Below, one piece after another: positions 48,722-58,734 of a stretch of 64,000 bases of DNA. The number at the start of each line of letters is the position of its first letter. The stretch's first letter is position 1. This stretch comes from Piscirickettsiaceae bacterium. GTDB taxonomy: Bacteria; Pseudomonadota; Gammaproteobacteria; Nitrosococcales; Methylophagaceae. Under the pieces are notes generated by a model that saw only the letters and a program-made list of their open reading frames with translations, made no database searches and was not told where the DNA came from. A program made the translations under genes and the position numbers. The stretch is from the NCBI GenBank assembly GCA_024685975.1, contig JAIBDZ010000002.1, forward strand, positions 90,908 to 154,907, in the 5' to 3' direction.

Positions 48722-50458
48722 TTAAATCAAGCTAAGCTTTCGTAATGCTTTAAACCAGAAAACTTCTAGGTTCATCACAAAGAAATGAAAACCAACCACA
48801 CCTACTATTAGCACCAGTATAGCGCCCAAAAACCACCATTTCTTTCTATTGGTTCTATTTTTCAGATCATTTGCAGTGTCGATGACAGGAACAACGACTA
48901 AAGGAACTCGACCAGTTACATGGGTAATAGCATTATAACCACGCACACCGCCTTTAATCATATCTAACAATAAGGCAAGCCCTATACCTAAACCAATCGA
49001 AGCTATGACACCCATTGCTAAGATTTTCTTTCTATTTGGTTTTTCAGCTGTCGATGGCACTAATGGCGGTTCGATTAAAGTAAAGCTTTCCCCTTTATTC
49101 TCAGATTCTAAATTTTGTGCCAATTCTGCTTCGAGCTGTTTCGAGCGCAACTCTTGGTATTTTGCTAAGTGATTAGCATGATCACGTGTTAAGTCATCAT
49201 ATTCTCTCTCAACTTTATATGTTTGTACGACCCTATTTTCATAATCAGCTAGCTTTTCACGTAAAGTCACTTGACGCTCTTGTAAGCGTACAATTTCACG
49301 TTCTGCGAGTTGTATTTTTGACGCCAACTGATGATATAAAGGATTAGAGTAGCTACTTTGTTTTTTAACTTTAGGTTTTTGTGTCGATTGTTGTTTTTCA
49401 AGACCAGCAACTTGGTTCGCCAAACGCTTTACATCTGGGTGATTATCCGCATAACGTTGCTTTAAATCAGCCAACTCTTGTTTTGCTGCACTCAGAGCGT
49501 TGCTTACGTCAGTCGAATCACCTTCAATTCCTAACTCTTCTCTTAATGTTGCTACTTGACGTTTTAATTGCAGCACGTCTGGATGGTTAGCTGAATAACG
49601 CGTTTGCAATTTACTCAAGGCTGCTTCAGCATCAGCCAATTCAGCACTTGGACCACTTTCAGTCGAACCAGTCCGGTTTGGTGTCGTATAAAAACGTAAA
49701 TTTGCCTGATCCATTGTCATAGCAGAGATCTGATCTTTCAATTGCATGACTTGGTTTTGATTGGTGACTAACTCTTCTTGCAAACGCTCTATTGTTGATA
49801 AATTAAACTCTAACAACTCAGGTAAACTATCACTATATTTGTTTTTGAAATCAGATATTTGCTGCTCTATTTGTTGTACTTTTCGTTGGAATTTCCCCGC
49901 TTCGTCATTTAAAAATGCCGTTGTTTCAATTGCTCTATCAGTACGCGTTTTAACATTCTGATCCAAAAAAGTAGTGACGAGTTCATTTGCTACTTTTTGA
50001 GCTAAAACAGGGGAACCATCCATAAAGGATACTGTGAAGGCAATCGTTGCTCTTTTAGCCCGCCCACTTTGCGGATCAGTGACATTCGCTTCGACCATAT
50101 TGACGCTAACATTTTGTCTAAACAAAGCTACTATTGCCGATGGTGGTGATTTTTTTCTCATCTCACTATAAAGATTAAACTTATCTACAATGCTCATGAC
50201 GTTATTAGTCGTCATGCTACGTTGTTTAATGACTTCTATTCGTTGTGCTGCATAGCTTGTCACAGTTGATCGAATTAAATCCCCAGGAATTTCTTGAGAC
50301 TCAATCAGAATCAAACCTTCCGATTTATAAGTTGCGGGGAGCACATAGGCAACAACCGCACTGATTGCAATAAAAATAATGGCTGTCGCCAGTACCCAAA
50401 ATTTATGCCGGCGAATAATATCAATATAATCGGACAGGCTTTTAACTTCTTCTTCCAT
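48722..50458 (-). CDS. polysaccharide chain-length determinant (Wzz/GumC-like, PCP family)
   Basis: N-terminal TM after DYIDIIRRHKFWV, a long coiled-coil periplasmic region, and a C-terminal TM pair. Confidence 0.82.
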   Translation of the reverse strand: MEEEVKSLSDYIDIIRRHKFWVLATAIIFIAISAVVAYVLPATYKSEGLILIESQEIPGDLIRSTVTSYAAQRIEVIKQRSMTTNNVMSIVDKFNLYSEMRKKSPPSAIVALFRQNVSVNMVEANVTDPQSGRAKRATIAFTVSFMDGSPVLAQKVANELVTTFLDQNVKTRTDRAIETTAFLNDEAGKFQRKVQQIEQQISDFKNKYSDSLPELLEFNLSTIERLQEELVTNQNQVMQLKDQISAMTMDQANLRFYTTPNRTGSTESGPSAELADAEAALSKLQTRYSANHPDVLQLKRQVATLREELGIEGDSTDVSNALSAAKQELADLKQRYADNHPDVKRLANQVAGLEKQQSTQKPKVKKQSSYSNPLYHQLASKIQLAEREIVRLQERQVTLREKLADYENRVVQTYKVEREYDDLTRDHANHLAKYQELRSKQLEAELAQNLESENKGESFTLIEPPLVPSTAEKPNRKKILAMGVIASIGLGIGLALLLDMIKGGVRGYNAITHVTGRVPLVVVPVIDTANDLKNRTNRKKWWFLGAILVLIVGVVGFHFFVMNLEVFWFKALRKLSLI

Positions 50459-50473
50459 TCTATACTCTAATTA

Positions 50474-51637
50474 TTATCGAGAAACTCGGATACCATCCCA
50501 GTTATAATTCAAGCTCAGCGAGACACTATTACTATCAACATTTTGATTAATTGCACCGTCTTGCTTTTGCTTTCTATAGCTATACCCTAAATTCAGGTTC
50601 ATAGTAGGCGAAAACTGCCAACTAAAAGAAGGAGAAAAGTCTAAGTTTTCACGATTTGTATCATCATCATTCGAAGTCGATGTACTTTCTTGATAACTAG
50701 TCGACAAATTAAACGACCATTGTTCTGATAACAACCGTGTCCAAACAACACCTATTCGCTCTTGCTCACTCACATCACCATCACTTGATGGAGATAATTG
50801 TTTTGATAAGGCCAGTGAGATAGTATTCAACTCGCCTTCATGCGTGATATCAATATTATAAGAAATACCACTTGATTGATCGGAAGTTGTATTGCCCAGT
50901 AAATCTGTTCGCTCTGAGTCTAAACGTCGGTAACCGACACTACCATCGATTAACCACAATTCTGACCATTGATAGGTCATCTGCCATGATAAATTATAAT
51001 TATCATCATCAGAAGTATAGTCAATATCTTCTATTTGATAATTAGTCGACGATACTGATAGGCCACCTGAAAAACGTTCAGTAAATTGCCGCTGCCACCC
51101 TAAAGTCAATCCTTTAGTTTCGCTATCTGCAAAATCGGCGGTCGAATAGCGCTTATCAGAATAATCCACCGTTGCAGTCACCGTATCAACTTCTGTCAAT
51201 TGATAGCTAATACTCGGTGATAACGACCGTGATGTTAATGTTGCATTTGTTGAAAAGTCACCGGTATCTTCTAAGGCATCATTACGAGTTGAATCTTCAA
51301 TATAACTGGCTTTTAATCCTAATTGCATACGTTCAAACTGGTATTGCGTATCAAAACGCGCAAAAGGATTATCTGTATCTAATTCGGAAACAGAAAAATA
51401 ACGCTCAATGGCATAACCGAGGCTTAACGTTGAGCTTGAATTCGCTTGGAAACGACTTAAATTTACAGTCGGTTTAATTTTGAAATCAAAACTGCTTTCT
51501 TCATCTTCTTGCAAGAAAACATTATCATCGTAACCATATCTCGGATTAGCAGAACCATCAAACACCCATTCAGCAGCTTGAACAGGTAATACTGCTGATG
51601 CAGTTAATAGTACAGCAAATTTTTTATAATCCATCAT
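50474..51637 (-). CDS. outer-membrane beta-barrel protein, PEP-CTERM-locus associated
   Basis: Signal peptide ...VLPVQAAEW, then alternating-polarity strands rich in S/T/Y/D throughout. The position between the Wza-like and chain-length genes matches exosortase EPS loci. Confidence 0.6.
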   Translation of the reverse strand: MMDYKKFAVLLTASAVLPVQAAEWVFDGSANPRYGYDDNVFLQEDEESSFDFKIKPTVNLSRFQANSSSTLSLGYAIERYFSVSELDTDNPFARFDTQYQFERMQLGLKASYIEDSTRNDALEDTGDFSTNATLTSRSLSPSISYQLTEVDTVTATVDYSDKRYSTADFADSETKGLTLGWQRQFTERFSGGLSVSSTNYQIEDIDYTSDDDNYNLSWQMTYQWSELWLIDGSVGYRRLDSERTDLLGNTTSDQSSGISYNIDITHEGELNTISLALSKQLSPSSDGDVSEQERIGVVWTRLLSEQWSFNLSTSYQESTSTSNDDDTNRENLDFSPSFSWQFSPTMNLNLGYSYRKQKQDGAINQNVDSNSVSLSLNYNWDGIRVSR

Positions 51638-51649
51638 TTCAATCCATGG

Positions 51650-52207
51650 TTATGGAATAACAATAACATCACCGCTTTTCAGCATGATATTGGTGTCGAG
51701 ATCTCTTCCCTTTTTTATATCGGCGTAATGGACAGGGAAAATATCTTGTTCATTGCCACGACGACGTAACACCAGAATATTATTTTCTTCTGCATAAGGC
51801 GATAAGCCTCCAGCAAGACTCAATGCTTTCACAACATCAAGTGGCTGACTCATGACAAAAATGCCTGGATTAGTGACCTTACCTAAAATATGAATGGTAT
51901 TACCGCCAACATTCATCACTGAAACAGTCACCACAGGGTCAGATAAATAGGTTTTTAATTTTTCTGTAATAGCTTCTTGCAATTGACTGACAGTCTTCCC
52001 TTGCGCAGCCAACTCACCAGCCAATGGGAATGAAATTCGTCCATCTGGTAAGACAATCACGTCTTTTTGTAGCGTATCCTCATTCCATACAGAGACACTT
52101 AAAGTATCACCCGCGTTCAATAGATAAGGTTGTGCCAATGTAAACTGACTGAATGCCAACATCATGATGGCCGTTAATGTTGCCAGATATTTCTTTAGTT
52201 GAGTCAT
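51650..52207 (-). CDS. polysaccharide export protein (short Wza/EpsE-like, Poly_export + SLBB)
   Basis: YLLNAGDTLSVSVWNE...DGRISFPLAGELAAQGKT...GKVTNPG...LKSGDVIVIP. The start is set to MTQLKK, preceded by GGAGG. Confidence 0.85.
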   Translation of the reverse strand: MTQLKKYLATLTAIMMLAFSQFTLAQPYLLNAGDTLSVSVWNEDTLQKDVIVLPDGRISFPLAGELAAQGKTVSQLQEAITEKLKTYLSDPVVTVSVMNVGGNTIHILGKVTNPGIFVMSQPLDVVKALSLAGGLSPYAEENNILVLRRRGNEQDIFPVHYADIKKGRDLDTNIMLKSGDVIVIP

Positions 52208-52253
52208 TATTAATCCTCCACATGAAAACAATCGTTATCATACCTGATTTAAA

Positions 52254-52278
52254 TAAAAAAAAGGGAGCCGAAGCTCCC
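52254..52278 (-). terminator. rho-independent terminator after the PEP-CTERM substrate gene
   Basis: On the minus strand: GGGAGC-TTCG-GCTCCC followed by TTTTTTTT. Confidence 0.8.
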
Positions 52279-52330
52279 TTTCTAAACTAACAATATTGTT
52301 ACTTCAATTTCTTGCAATGTAACTTAATGA

Positions 52331-52963
52331 TTACACTGTCGCTTTACGACGACGTAAACCTAAGAAACCAAGTAGTGCTGGTGCAAATAAGAACAATGCA
52401 GCAGGTACTGGAACTGGTTTTAACGCTAAGATTAAATCATCAAAGTCGCCATCACCAAGACCATCACCAAAACCAACAATAATTGTGCCAGCTTCTAAAA
52501 TGATTTGGTGATTCAAATATGTTAACAAGTTTGAATCAGCTGTTAATTCAAATACTCTGAAGTAATTTGAACCATTAGTACCATTTACATTAATATCAAA
52601 TGGGTCTAATGCAATGTCAGTAGGACCGTTAACTGTATCAGTAAAAAACGCATTTTTTGCTGCAGCGTTGAAGTTCAACGTTTTCCACTTACCAAACTGA
52701 TTTGTATTGGCTGTTGTAAATTTCACATTACCATCAGATTTGAATTCAACTTGGTTAGTGTTACCTGCTTCATAACCAATCGCTGTAACTCGGTATTTAC
52801 CAGTAAAATCTAATGAATTTAACTCAGTATAACCGTTGAAATATGTTGCATCATTTAAGAAAGTTTCAACTGTGTTTATACCTGTAACAGGGAATGAACT
52901 TGCCGAAACCATCATCGAGTTAGACAGTAACAATGTTGCTAAAAATAGCATCGCTTTTTTCAT
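52331..52963 (-). CDS. PEP-CTERM-type sorting-domain protein with VPVPA variant motif (putative exosortase substrate)
   Basis: Signal peptide MKKAMLFLATLLLSNSMMVSASS, an N/T/F-rich beta-type body, and GDGLGDGDFDDLILAL. The C-terminal tail is PVPVPAALFLFAPALLGFLGLRRRKATV (motif, TM helix, Arg cluster). The start is set to the ATG preceded by AAGGAA. Confidence 0.85.
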   Translation of the reverse strand: MKKAMLFLATLLLSNSMMVSASSFPVTGINTVETFLNDATYFNGYTELNSLDFTGKYRVTAIGYEAGNTNQVEFKSDGNVKFTTANTNQFGKWKTLNFNAAAKNAFFTDTVNGPTDIALDPFDINVNGTNGSNYFRVFELTADSNLLTYLNHQIILEAGTIIVGFGDGLGDGDFDDLILALKPVPVPAALFLFAPALLGFLGLRRRKATV

Positions 52964-53305
52964 AACAATTTCCTTTAAAAAGAATGTAAGCAATGCAACC
53001 CAGCCATCTTCCAAAAAAGACCTGTGGCTTTCCGACCTCGCCTCACGACAAGTTTGGCTTATAAAACCATTAGCGTAAAAAACTAATGACCATTAATGCA
53101 TCCACCCAAGACACGCCTTCAAGCAGAATGCTTATCTAAAGTACGTGAACACTATTTAATTAGCAATTGTACTTTAGTACTACTCTCTACCTTATGCGCC
53201 TCATGTCACATTAACAGTAGTTTATAGCGTTGTTATTATAGCTCAATTTCTTCTTAGGAAGAATGACAATTTGATGACATACTGACTGAATTATTTAAGC
53301 TCGAC

Positions 53306-54715
53306 TTAATACGCATTTTTATGCTTAAAGCCCTTGAAAATAGTCAAAAAAATGATTTTCAAATCAAGCGATAATGACCAAGTTTGGATATAACGCAAAT
53401 CATACCTTACCCGCCCTTCCATCTTATCTAGTGTATCCGTCTCGCCACGATAACCATTAATCTGTGCCAATCCCGTAATGCCTGGTTTGACTTTATGCCT
53501 CAGCATATAACCTTGTATTTGTTGTCGATACTGCTCGTTATGCGCTATAGCATGCGGCCTTGGACCGACAATAGACATCGAGCCGCCTAATGAATTAAAG
53601 AACTGGGGTAGCTCATCTAAAGAAGTACGACGCAAAAACCCACCAAAGGGGGTAATTCGAGTATCACCCTGCTTAGCTTGAACGACATTGTCGCCATCTT
53701 CCGTCACGGTCATCGAACGAAATTTCCATACCTTAATCATATCGCCATCAATACCATAACGAGACTGCTTGAAAAGTATTGGCCCTTTTGATGTGAACTT
53801 CACGCCTAGCGCAATAAATAACATTGGCACACTAATTAATAATAAAATCAAACTACTAAGCACAATGTCTTCAATTCTTTTTACAACACTATTTAGTCCT
53901 GCAAATGGGGTTTCATAAATACTGATCGCTGTAATACCTTGAAAATCGACCCAGCGTGAATTCAATAAGTTGAATGTGAAAATATCAGGTACTAAATAAA
54001 CGGATGCCGTACTATCTGCCAGTCTCTCAGCAATATGTTTAATCCGTTTTTCGGCTGACATAGCCAAAGTAATATAAACCGTATCGATGACACCGCTTTT
54101 ACAATCTGCAATCAATTGGTCCAAATCACCTTGAACCGTCATAGGATTATTATTCTTGTGTATTGCTAACCGGTCGCCTTCACGATCATCGTAATAGCCT
54201 GCAAATCGATACCCACTCCAGTCCATTTCATCAAATGCGGCTTCTAGACGAACGCCAAGATCGGTTCCGCCCAAGATGGCGACATTCCGAGTATTAAACC
54301 CACGCTTTCTCACGACCCGTAGCACCATTCGTACAACGACATGCCACGAAACCAACTCTAATGGCGTCACAATAATCCAAGCCGCTAAAAAAGGTTCAGA
54401 ATAAAAACTTGATTTAACAAATATCAAATCAATTATCACCATGGTGACAATTGCTGCTAACCACGATGTTAATACACTGACAATCTCGTCACGAACATGA
54501 GTACCTCGCCATGAACGATACGCATCTTGTGATTCAGCAAAGAAGTTAAACAGGACAATAGAAAATAAAATGCCCCAAACATGCAATGGCGCCCATTCGA
54601 TATAAAACACATCGATGAGAGCCAAAAAGGTCAACAATATAATGGCACTATCTATCAGACGCGATAATGCATTGATTGTCGAATCATAACGCCGAATTTT
54701 TCCAGGTGGCGCCAT
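53306..54715 (-). CDS. undecaprenyl-phosphate hexose-1-phosphate transferase (bacterial sugar transferase, priming enzyme)
   Basis: Five N-terminal TM segments and the C-terminal catalytic domain ...KFRSM...DELPQFFNSLGGSMSIVGPRPH...KPGITGLAQ. Confidence 0.9.
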   Translation of the reverse strand: MAPPGKIRRYDSTINALSRLIDSAIILLTFLALIDVFYIEWAPLHVWGILFSIVLFNFFAESQDAYRSWRGTHVRDEIVSVLTSWLAAIVTMVIIDLIFVKSSFYSEPFLAAWIIVTPLELVSWHVVVRMVLRVVRKRGFNTRNVAILGGTDLGVRLEAAFDEMDWSGYRFAGYYDDREGDRLAIHKNNNPMTVQGDLDQLIADCKSGVIDTVYITLAMSAEKRIKHIAERLADSTASVYLVPDIFTFNLLNSRWVDFQGITAISIYETPFAGLNSVVKRIEDIVLSSLILLLISVPMLFIALGVKFTSKGPILFKQSRYGIDGDMIKVWKFRSMTVTEDGDNVVQAKQGDTRITPFGGFLRRTSLDELPQFFNSLGGSMSIVGPRPHAIAHNEQYRQQIQGYMLRHKVKPGITGLAQINGYRGETDTLDKMEGRVRYDLRYIQTWSLSLDLKIIFLTIFKGFKHKNAY

Positions 54716-54719
54716 TTAT

Positions 54720-56138
54720 TTAATTACCCTTAACATCGTTGCCACGATGATATTGATCATCAAATCGAACAATATCATCTTCGCCAAGGTATTGCCCTGA
54801 CTGTACTTCAACCACTTCTAATGCGATTTTCCCCGGATTATGTAGTCGATGTAGACTGCCTACGGGAATATAAATTGACTCATTTTCAGCAACCGTCAAC
54901 ACTTCATCATCTCGAGTCACCTCAGCACACCCTGCAACCACAACCCAATGTTCAGCTCGATGATGGTGTTTTTGCAAAGATAGCGAATGACCAGGATTAA
55001 CATGTAAGCGTTTAACCTGAAAACGATGTCCCGAATCGACACCGTCATAATATCCCCACGGACGATATGCTTTACGGTGTAAAACCGCTTCGTCACGTTG
55101 TTCATCAACCAAATGGTTAACAATATTTTTAATATGCTCGGCTTGTGACTTATCTGCCACCATCACCGCATCAGGTGTTTCAACAACCACAATATTATCT
55201 AAACCTAAAACAGTCACTAATCGATGTTCACTCTGTATATAAGCGCCTTGTACATTATCAACAACAACATCGCCGATAAGCACGTTCTGTTGATCATCAT
55301 GCGGGTGATTTTCCCACAAAGAGGACCAAGAACCAACATCGCTCCAGCCCGCATTTAATGGCACAACCATCGCTTTATCTGTATTTTCCATCACAGCATA
55401 ATCAATCGAATCTGATGGGCTTTGCTCAAAATCTTCTTTTGATAAACGAATAAAATCTAAATCAACGCTCGCCTGTGTCAAAGATTGACGACAAGCCGTC
55501 ACAATCTCAGGTGCATGTTGTTCTAATTCAGTGATAATAGTCGATGCTTTAAACATAAACATCCCACTATTCCAATAATAACAAGCAGCATCAACATATT
55601 GTTGTGCTAATTCAGCATGTGGCTTCTCGACAAACGCCTTCACTTTACTCACATGACCGCCGGGTTCAGCTTCGATATAACCATAACCTGTATGGGCTAT
55701 CGTTGGCACAATACCAAACGTCACCAAAGCACCTTGTTCAGCTTGCTTCTCAGCTTCAGTAATGGCTCGATGAAACTGTTCAATATCATTAATAACATGA
55801 TCAGCAGCTAACACTAATAAAGTCGGATCATCTCCACGACTCAACGCTTGTAATGCTGCAACACATATCGCTGGTGCAGTATTTTTAGCGCAGGGTTCTA
55901 ATAATATATCTGCGTTATCAATGGCGAGTTCTTGTAGTTGTTCTGCCACCATAAAACGATGTTCTTCATTACACACAATAATGGGTGCATCAAGTTCATC
56001 GACGCCTGTTAATCTATGTAAGGTATTTTGGAATAACGATTTATCATCAAATAAACGTAAAAACTGTTTAGGCTTATTTTTTCGGGATAAGGGCCATAAT
56101 CTGGTCCCACTCCCACCTGACATTATTATTGGAATCAT
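54720..56138 (-). CDS. manC: mannose-1-phosphate guanylyltransferase / mannose-6-phosphate isomerase (type II PMI-GMP)
   Basis: MIPIIMSGGSGTRLWPLSR N-terminus and a C-terminal cupin (RPWGYY...SLQKHHHRAEHWVVV). Confidence 0.93.
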   Translation of the reverse strand: MIPIIMSGGSGTRLWPLSRKNKPKQFLRLFDDKSLFQNTLHRLTGVDELDAPIIVCNEEHRFMVAEQLQELAIDNADILLEPCAKNTAPAICVAALQALSRGDDPTLLVLAADHVINDIEQFHRAITEAEKQAEQGALVTFGIVPTIAHTGYGYIEAEPGGHVSKVKAFVEKPHAELAQQYVDAACYYWNSGMFMFKASTIITELEQHAPEIVTACRQSLTQASVDLDFIRLSKEDFEQSPSDSIDYAVMENTDKAMVVPLNAGWSDVGSWSSLWENHPHDDQQNVLIGDVVVDNVQGAYIQSEHRLVTVLGLDNIVVVETPDAVMVADKSQAEHIKNIVNHLVDEQRDEAVLHRKAYRPWGYYDGVDSGHRFQVKRLHVNPGHSLSLQKHHHRAEHWVVVAGCAEVTRDDEVLTVAENESIYIPVGSLHRLHNPGKIALEVVEVQSGQYLGEDDIVRFDDQYHRGNDVKGN

Positions 56139-56270
56139 GAACTGGCCTTGATTTATTGTTTATTTATGTTTGTCACACCAACAAATTTGTCGCTATTATA
56201 GCCCTTAATCTTATCGCCTTAATACAGGCATTGATCACAATTATCCAAATTAATGAGGAACGCTGACAAC

Positions 56271-57122
56271 ATGGCAAATAACACCATCATCAGAAAATGT
56301 CTTTTTCCTGCTGCAGGTTACGGCACGCGCTTTTTACCTGCCACCAAAGCCATGCCCAAAGAAATGTTACCTATCGTCAATAAACCCCTGATTCAATACG
56401 GTGTTGAAGAAGCCATGGAAGCCGGTATGACCCAAATTGGGTTTATCACAGGGCGAGGTAAACGAGCGATAGCCGATCACTTTGACACCAGCTTTGAGCT
56501 TGAACATCAAATTTTTGGCACCGCAAAAGAAACCTATTTAGAAGATATACGCAAAGTCATGGACCATTGTGATTTTGTCTTTATGCGTCAACGTGAAATG
56601 TTAGGGTTAGGTCATGCCATTTTAACAGGTGAACCAATGATTGGCCCCGAACCCTTCGCGGTCATTCTTGCAGATGACTTATGTGCTGCACCGACTGAAG
56701 GAGACCCAACCCGCGCGCTTGGACAATTAGCGGCTTTATATGAAAGATACCAATGCAGCATCATCGCAATTGAAGAAGTCCCTCAAGAAGATACTGGCAG
56801 TTACGGCGTCATTTCAGGTGAAGAAATCGCTCCCGGCATTTTCCAAGTCCATGATATGGTCGAAAAGCCAAAACCAGAGGATGCGCCAAGTAATTTAGCC
56901 ATTATTGGGCGCTATATCTTGACGCCAGAAATTTTTGAATACTTAAGAAAAACACCACCGGGCACGAATGGTGAAGTACAAATCACCGATGCCTTAAAGT
57001 TACTGGCACAAGATCGACAAGTGCTAGCCGTTAAATTTAAAGGGCAACGTTTTGATTGCGGCAGCATCGATGGTTTTGTACAAGCAACAAACTACTATTA
57101 CGATAACCATTATCAAAAATAA
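56271..57122 (+). CDS. galU: UTP--glucose-1-phosphate uridylyltransferase
   Basis: KCLFPAAGYGTRFLPATKAMPKEMLPIVNKPLIQY and VEKP motifs. The start is ATG 56271 (GAGGA upstream) or ATG 56253. Confidence 0.93.
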   Translation: MANNTIIRKCLFPAAGYGTRFLPATKAMPKEMLPIVNKPLIQYGVEEAMEAGMTQIGFITGRGKRAIADHFDTSFELEHQIFGTAKETYLEDIRKVMDHCDFVFMRQREMLGLGHAILTGEPMIGPEPFAVILADDLCAAPTEGDPTRALGQLAALYERYQCSIIAIEEVPQEDTGSYGVISGEEIAPGIFQVHDMVEKPKPEDAPSNLAIIGRYILTPEIFEYLRKTPPGTNGEVQITDALKLLAQDRQVLAVKFKGQRFDCGSIDGFVQATNYYYDNHYQK

Positions 57123-57133
57123 ACTAGACATCT

Positions 57134-57166
57134 AGCTGAGCATGATCAGTCAGGCCATGCTCAGCT
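57134..57166. terminator. hairpin between convergent galU and the transporter gene
   Basis: 11-bp stem AGCTGAGCATG/CATGCTCAGCT. The U-tract is poor on either strand. Confidence 0.45.
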
Positions 57167-57185
57167 TCATAGCATTTGTATTAGA

Positions 57186-58439
57186 TTATCTTGCTGTCGG
57201 ATCAAGATAGATGTTTTTAGCTAACCTTCCTTCGCTCTTCGCAACAGCTACCGTCACAACTGCATCGCCTGTCACATTCACAGCCGTACGCAGCATATCC
57301 ATTATTCTATCGACACCTAAAATCAAACCAATTCCTTCGACAGGAATACCGACTTGACCAAAAACCATCGATAACATCACCAAGCCGACACCTGGTACAC
57401 CAGCAGTCCCAATTGACGCCAACACCGCCATGAGAATCACCGTCACATAATCTGCTAACCCTAAATCGATACCATATAAGTTAGCAATAAACACCGTAGC
57501 CACACCTTGCATGATGGCCGTGCCATCCATATTGATGGTTGCACCGAATGGAACGGTAAAAGAAGCAATTGCATTATCAACACCCAATCGTTTTTCTACT
57601 GTTCTCAACGTGACAGGAATGGTGGCATTCGAACTAGAAGTACTAAATGCAAATAACTGCATTGCACGCACTTTATGTAAAAATATTCTCAGATTCATAC
57701 CTGTGAATACCCGCAGAATCAGCATTAGTGTCCCAAATAGATGTAACAATAAAGCCAATACCAATACCGTAATGTACAAAGCCAGCTGAGTGAGCAAGTC
57801 AAAACCAAGATCAGCGACTGATCGTGCGATTAACGCAAAAACGGCATAAGGTGCGACCGACATCACCACCATGACCATTTTCATCATCGCCGCATTTAAC
57901 GATTCAGCACCTTCAACAATCGTTTTAGCTTTAGAACCTAACGCTAACACACTGATACCGAATAAGATGGTGAAAACAATCAGCGGTAGCATATCGCCAC
58001 TGGCCATCGCTGCAATAGGATTAGTGGGAATAAGGCCGATCACTATGTCTGTGAAATTAGGTGCCACCGCAGGATTAAACTCTGATTCGGTTGTTAACGT
58101 CATTCCGTGACCGATGTTGAAACTGGCCGCTAAAAAAATCGCCAGCATAATCGCTAGGGCTGTCGTCGCCATATAAAATAGAAAGGCTTTCCCCCCTACG
58201 CGGCCCAACACTTTAATATCGCCAATCCCACACACACCACATAATAAAGAAAAAAAGACCAACGGCACGACTAACATCGTCAACGCATTAATAAACATAT
58301 TGCCAATAATATAAAAAGCACCATCAACAATATAATAGTTTAACCAATGTGATGGTGAGTCACTGCCAAATACGTTAATCAACAAACCAAACAATGCGCC
58401 AAGAGTAACGGCAATGACAATTTTTATCGTTAATCCCAT
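57186..58439 (-). CDS. dicarboxylate/amino acid:cation symporter (DAACS family)
   Basis: 417 aa, polytopic, with SSSNATIPV and INMDGTA reentrant-loop motifs characteristic of the GltP/SstT family. Confidence 0.9.
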   Translation of the reverse strand: MGLTIKIVIAVTLGALFGLLINVFGSDSPSHWLNYYIVDGAFYIIGNMFINALTMLVVPLVFFSLLCGVCGIGDIKVLGRVGGKAFLFYMATTALAIMLAIFLAASFNIGHGMTLTTESEFNPAVAPNFTDIVIGLIPTNPIAAMASGDMLPLIVFTILFGISVLALGSKAKTIVEGAESLNAAMMKMVMVVMSVAPYAVFALIARSVADLGFDLLTQLALYITVLVLALLLHLFGTLMLILRVFTGMNLRIFLHKVRAMQLFAFSTSSSNATIPVTLRTVEKRLGVDNAIASFTVPFGATINMDGTAIMQGVATVFIANLYGIDLGLADYVTVILMAVLASIGTAGVPGVGLVMLSMVFGQVGIPVEGIGLILGVDRIMDMLRTAVNVTGDAVVTVAVAKSEGRLAKNIYLDPTAR

Positions 58440-58734
58440 TCCAACTTCCTATAACATTTATTGATTAGTCAACATTACGCAACAAAACAGATTTAATCTA
58501 GTTTCATTCAACATAAACCATTTAAATACTGTGGTAATTTGTGTATTATTAATGACTGTATGGTCTAAAAAAAATATGGCATAGAAGAAATAGCTAGTTT
58601 TATATAACTTTTTATTATAAAGCTGTTTTCAGACCAAACAATCGAGAATAAAACAAGGCGTTTTATAGTGAAAATAACCGTAGAAATACGACAAAAAGAC
58701 ATGACCGAACAACAATAATCCGATATAATGCGCC

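Noticed and set aside
52964-53060. Sigma-54 promoter upstream of the sorting-signal protein gene (TGGCTGGGTTGCATTGC on the minus strand)
   Set aside because: The GG and GC dinucleotides are 9 or 14 nt apart instead of the required 12 (TGGCAC-N5-TTGC). No PrsR-type activator is present in the window.
53015-53130. c-di-GMP (GEMM-type) riboswitch in the long leader of the sorting-signal protein gene
   Set aside because: Only loose resemblance was seen (GCCAAAC ... GGAAAGCC). I could not draw the two conserved stems or the tetraloop/receptor by hand. A covariance-model scan (Rfam GEMM-I/II) is needed before any claim.
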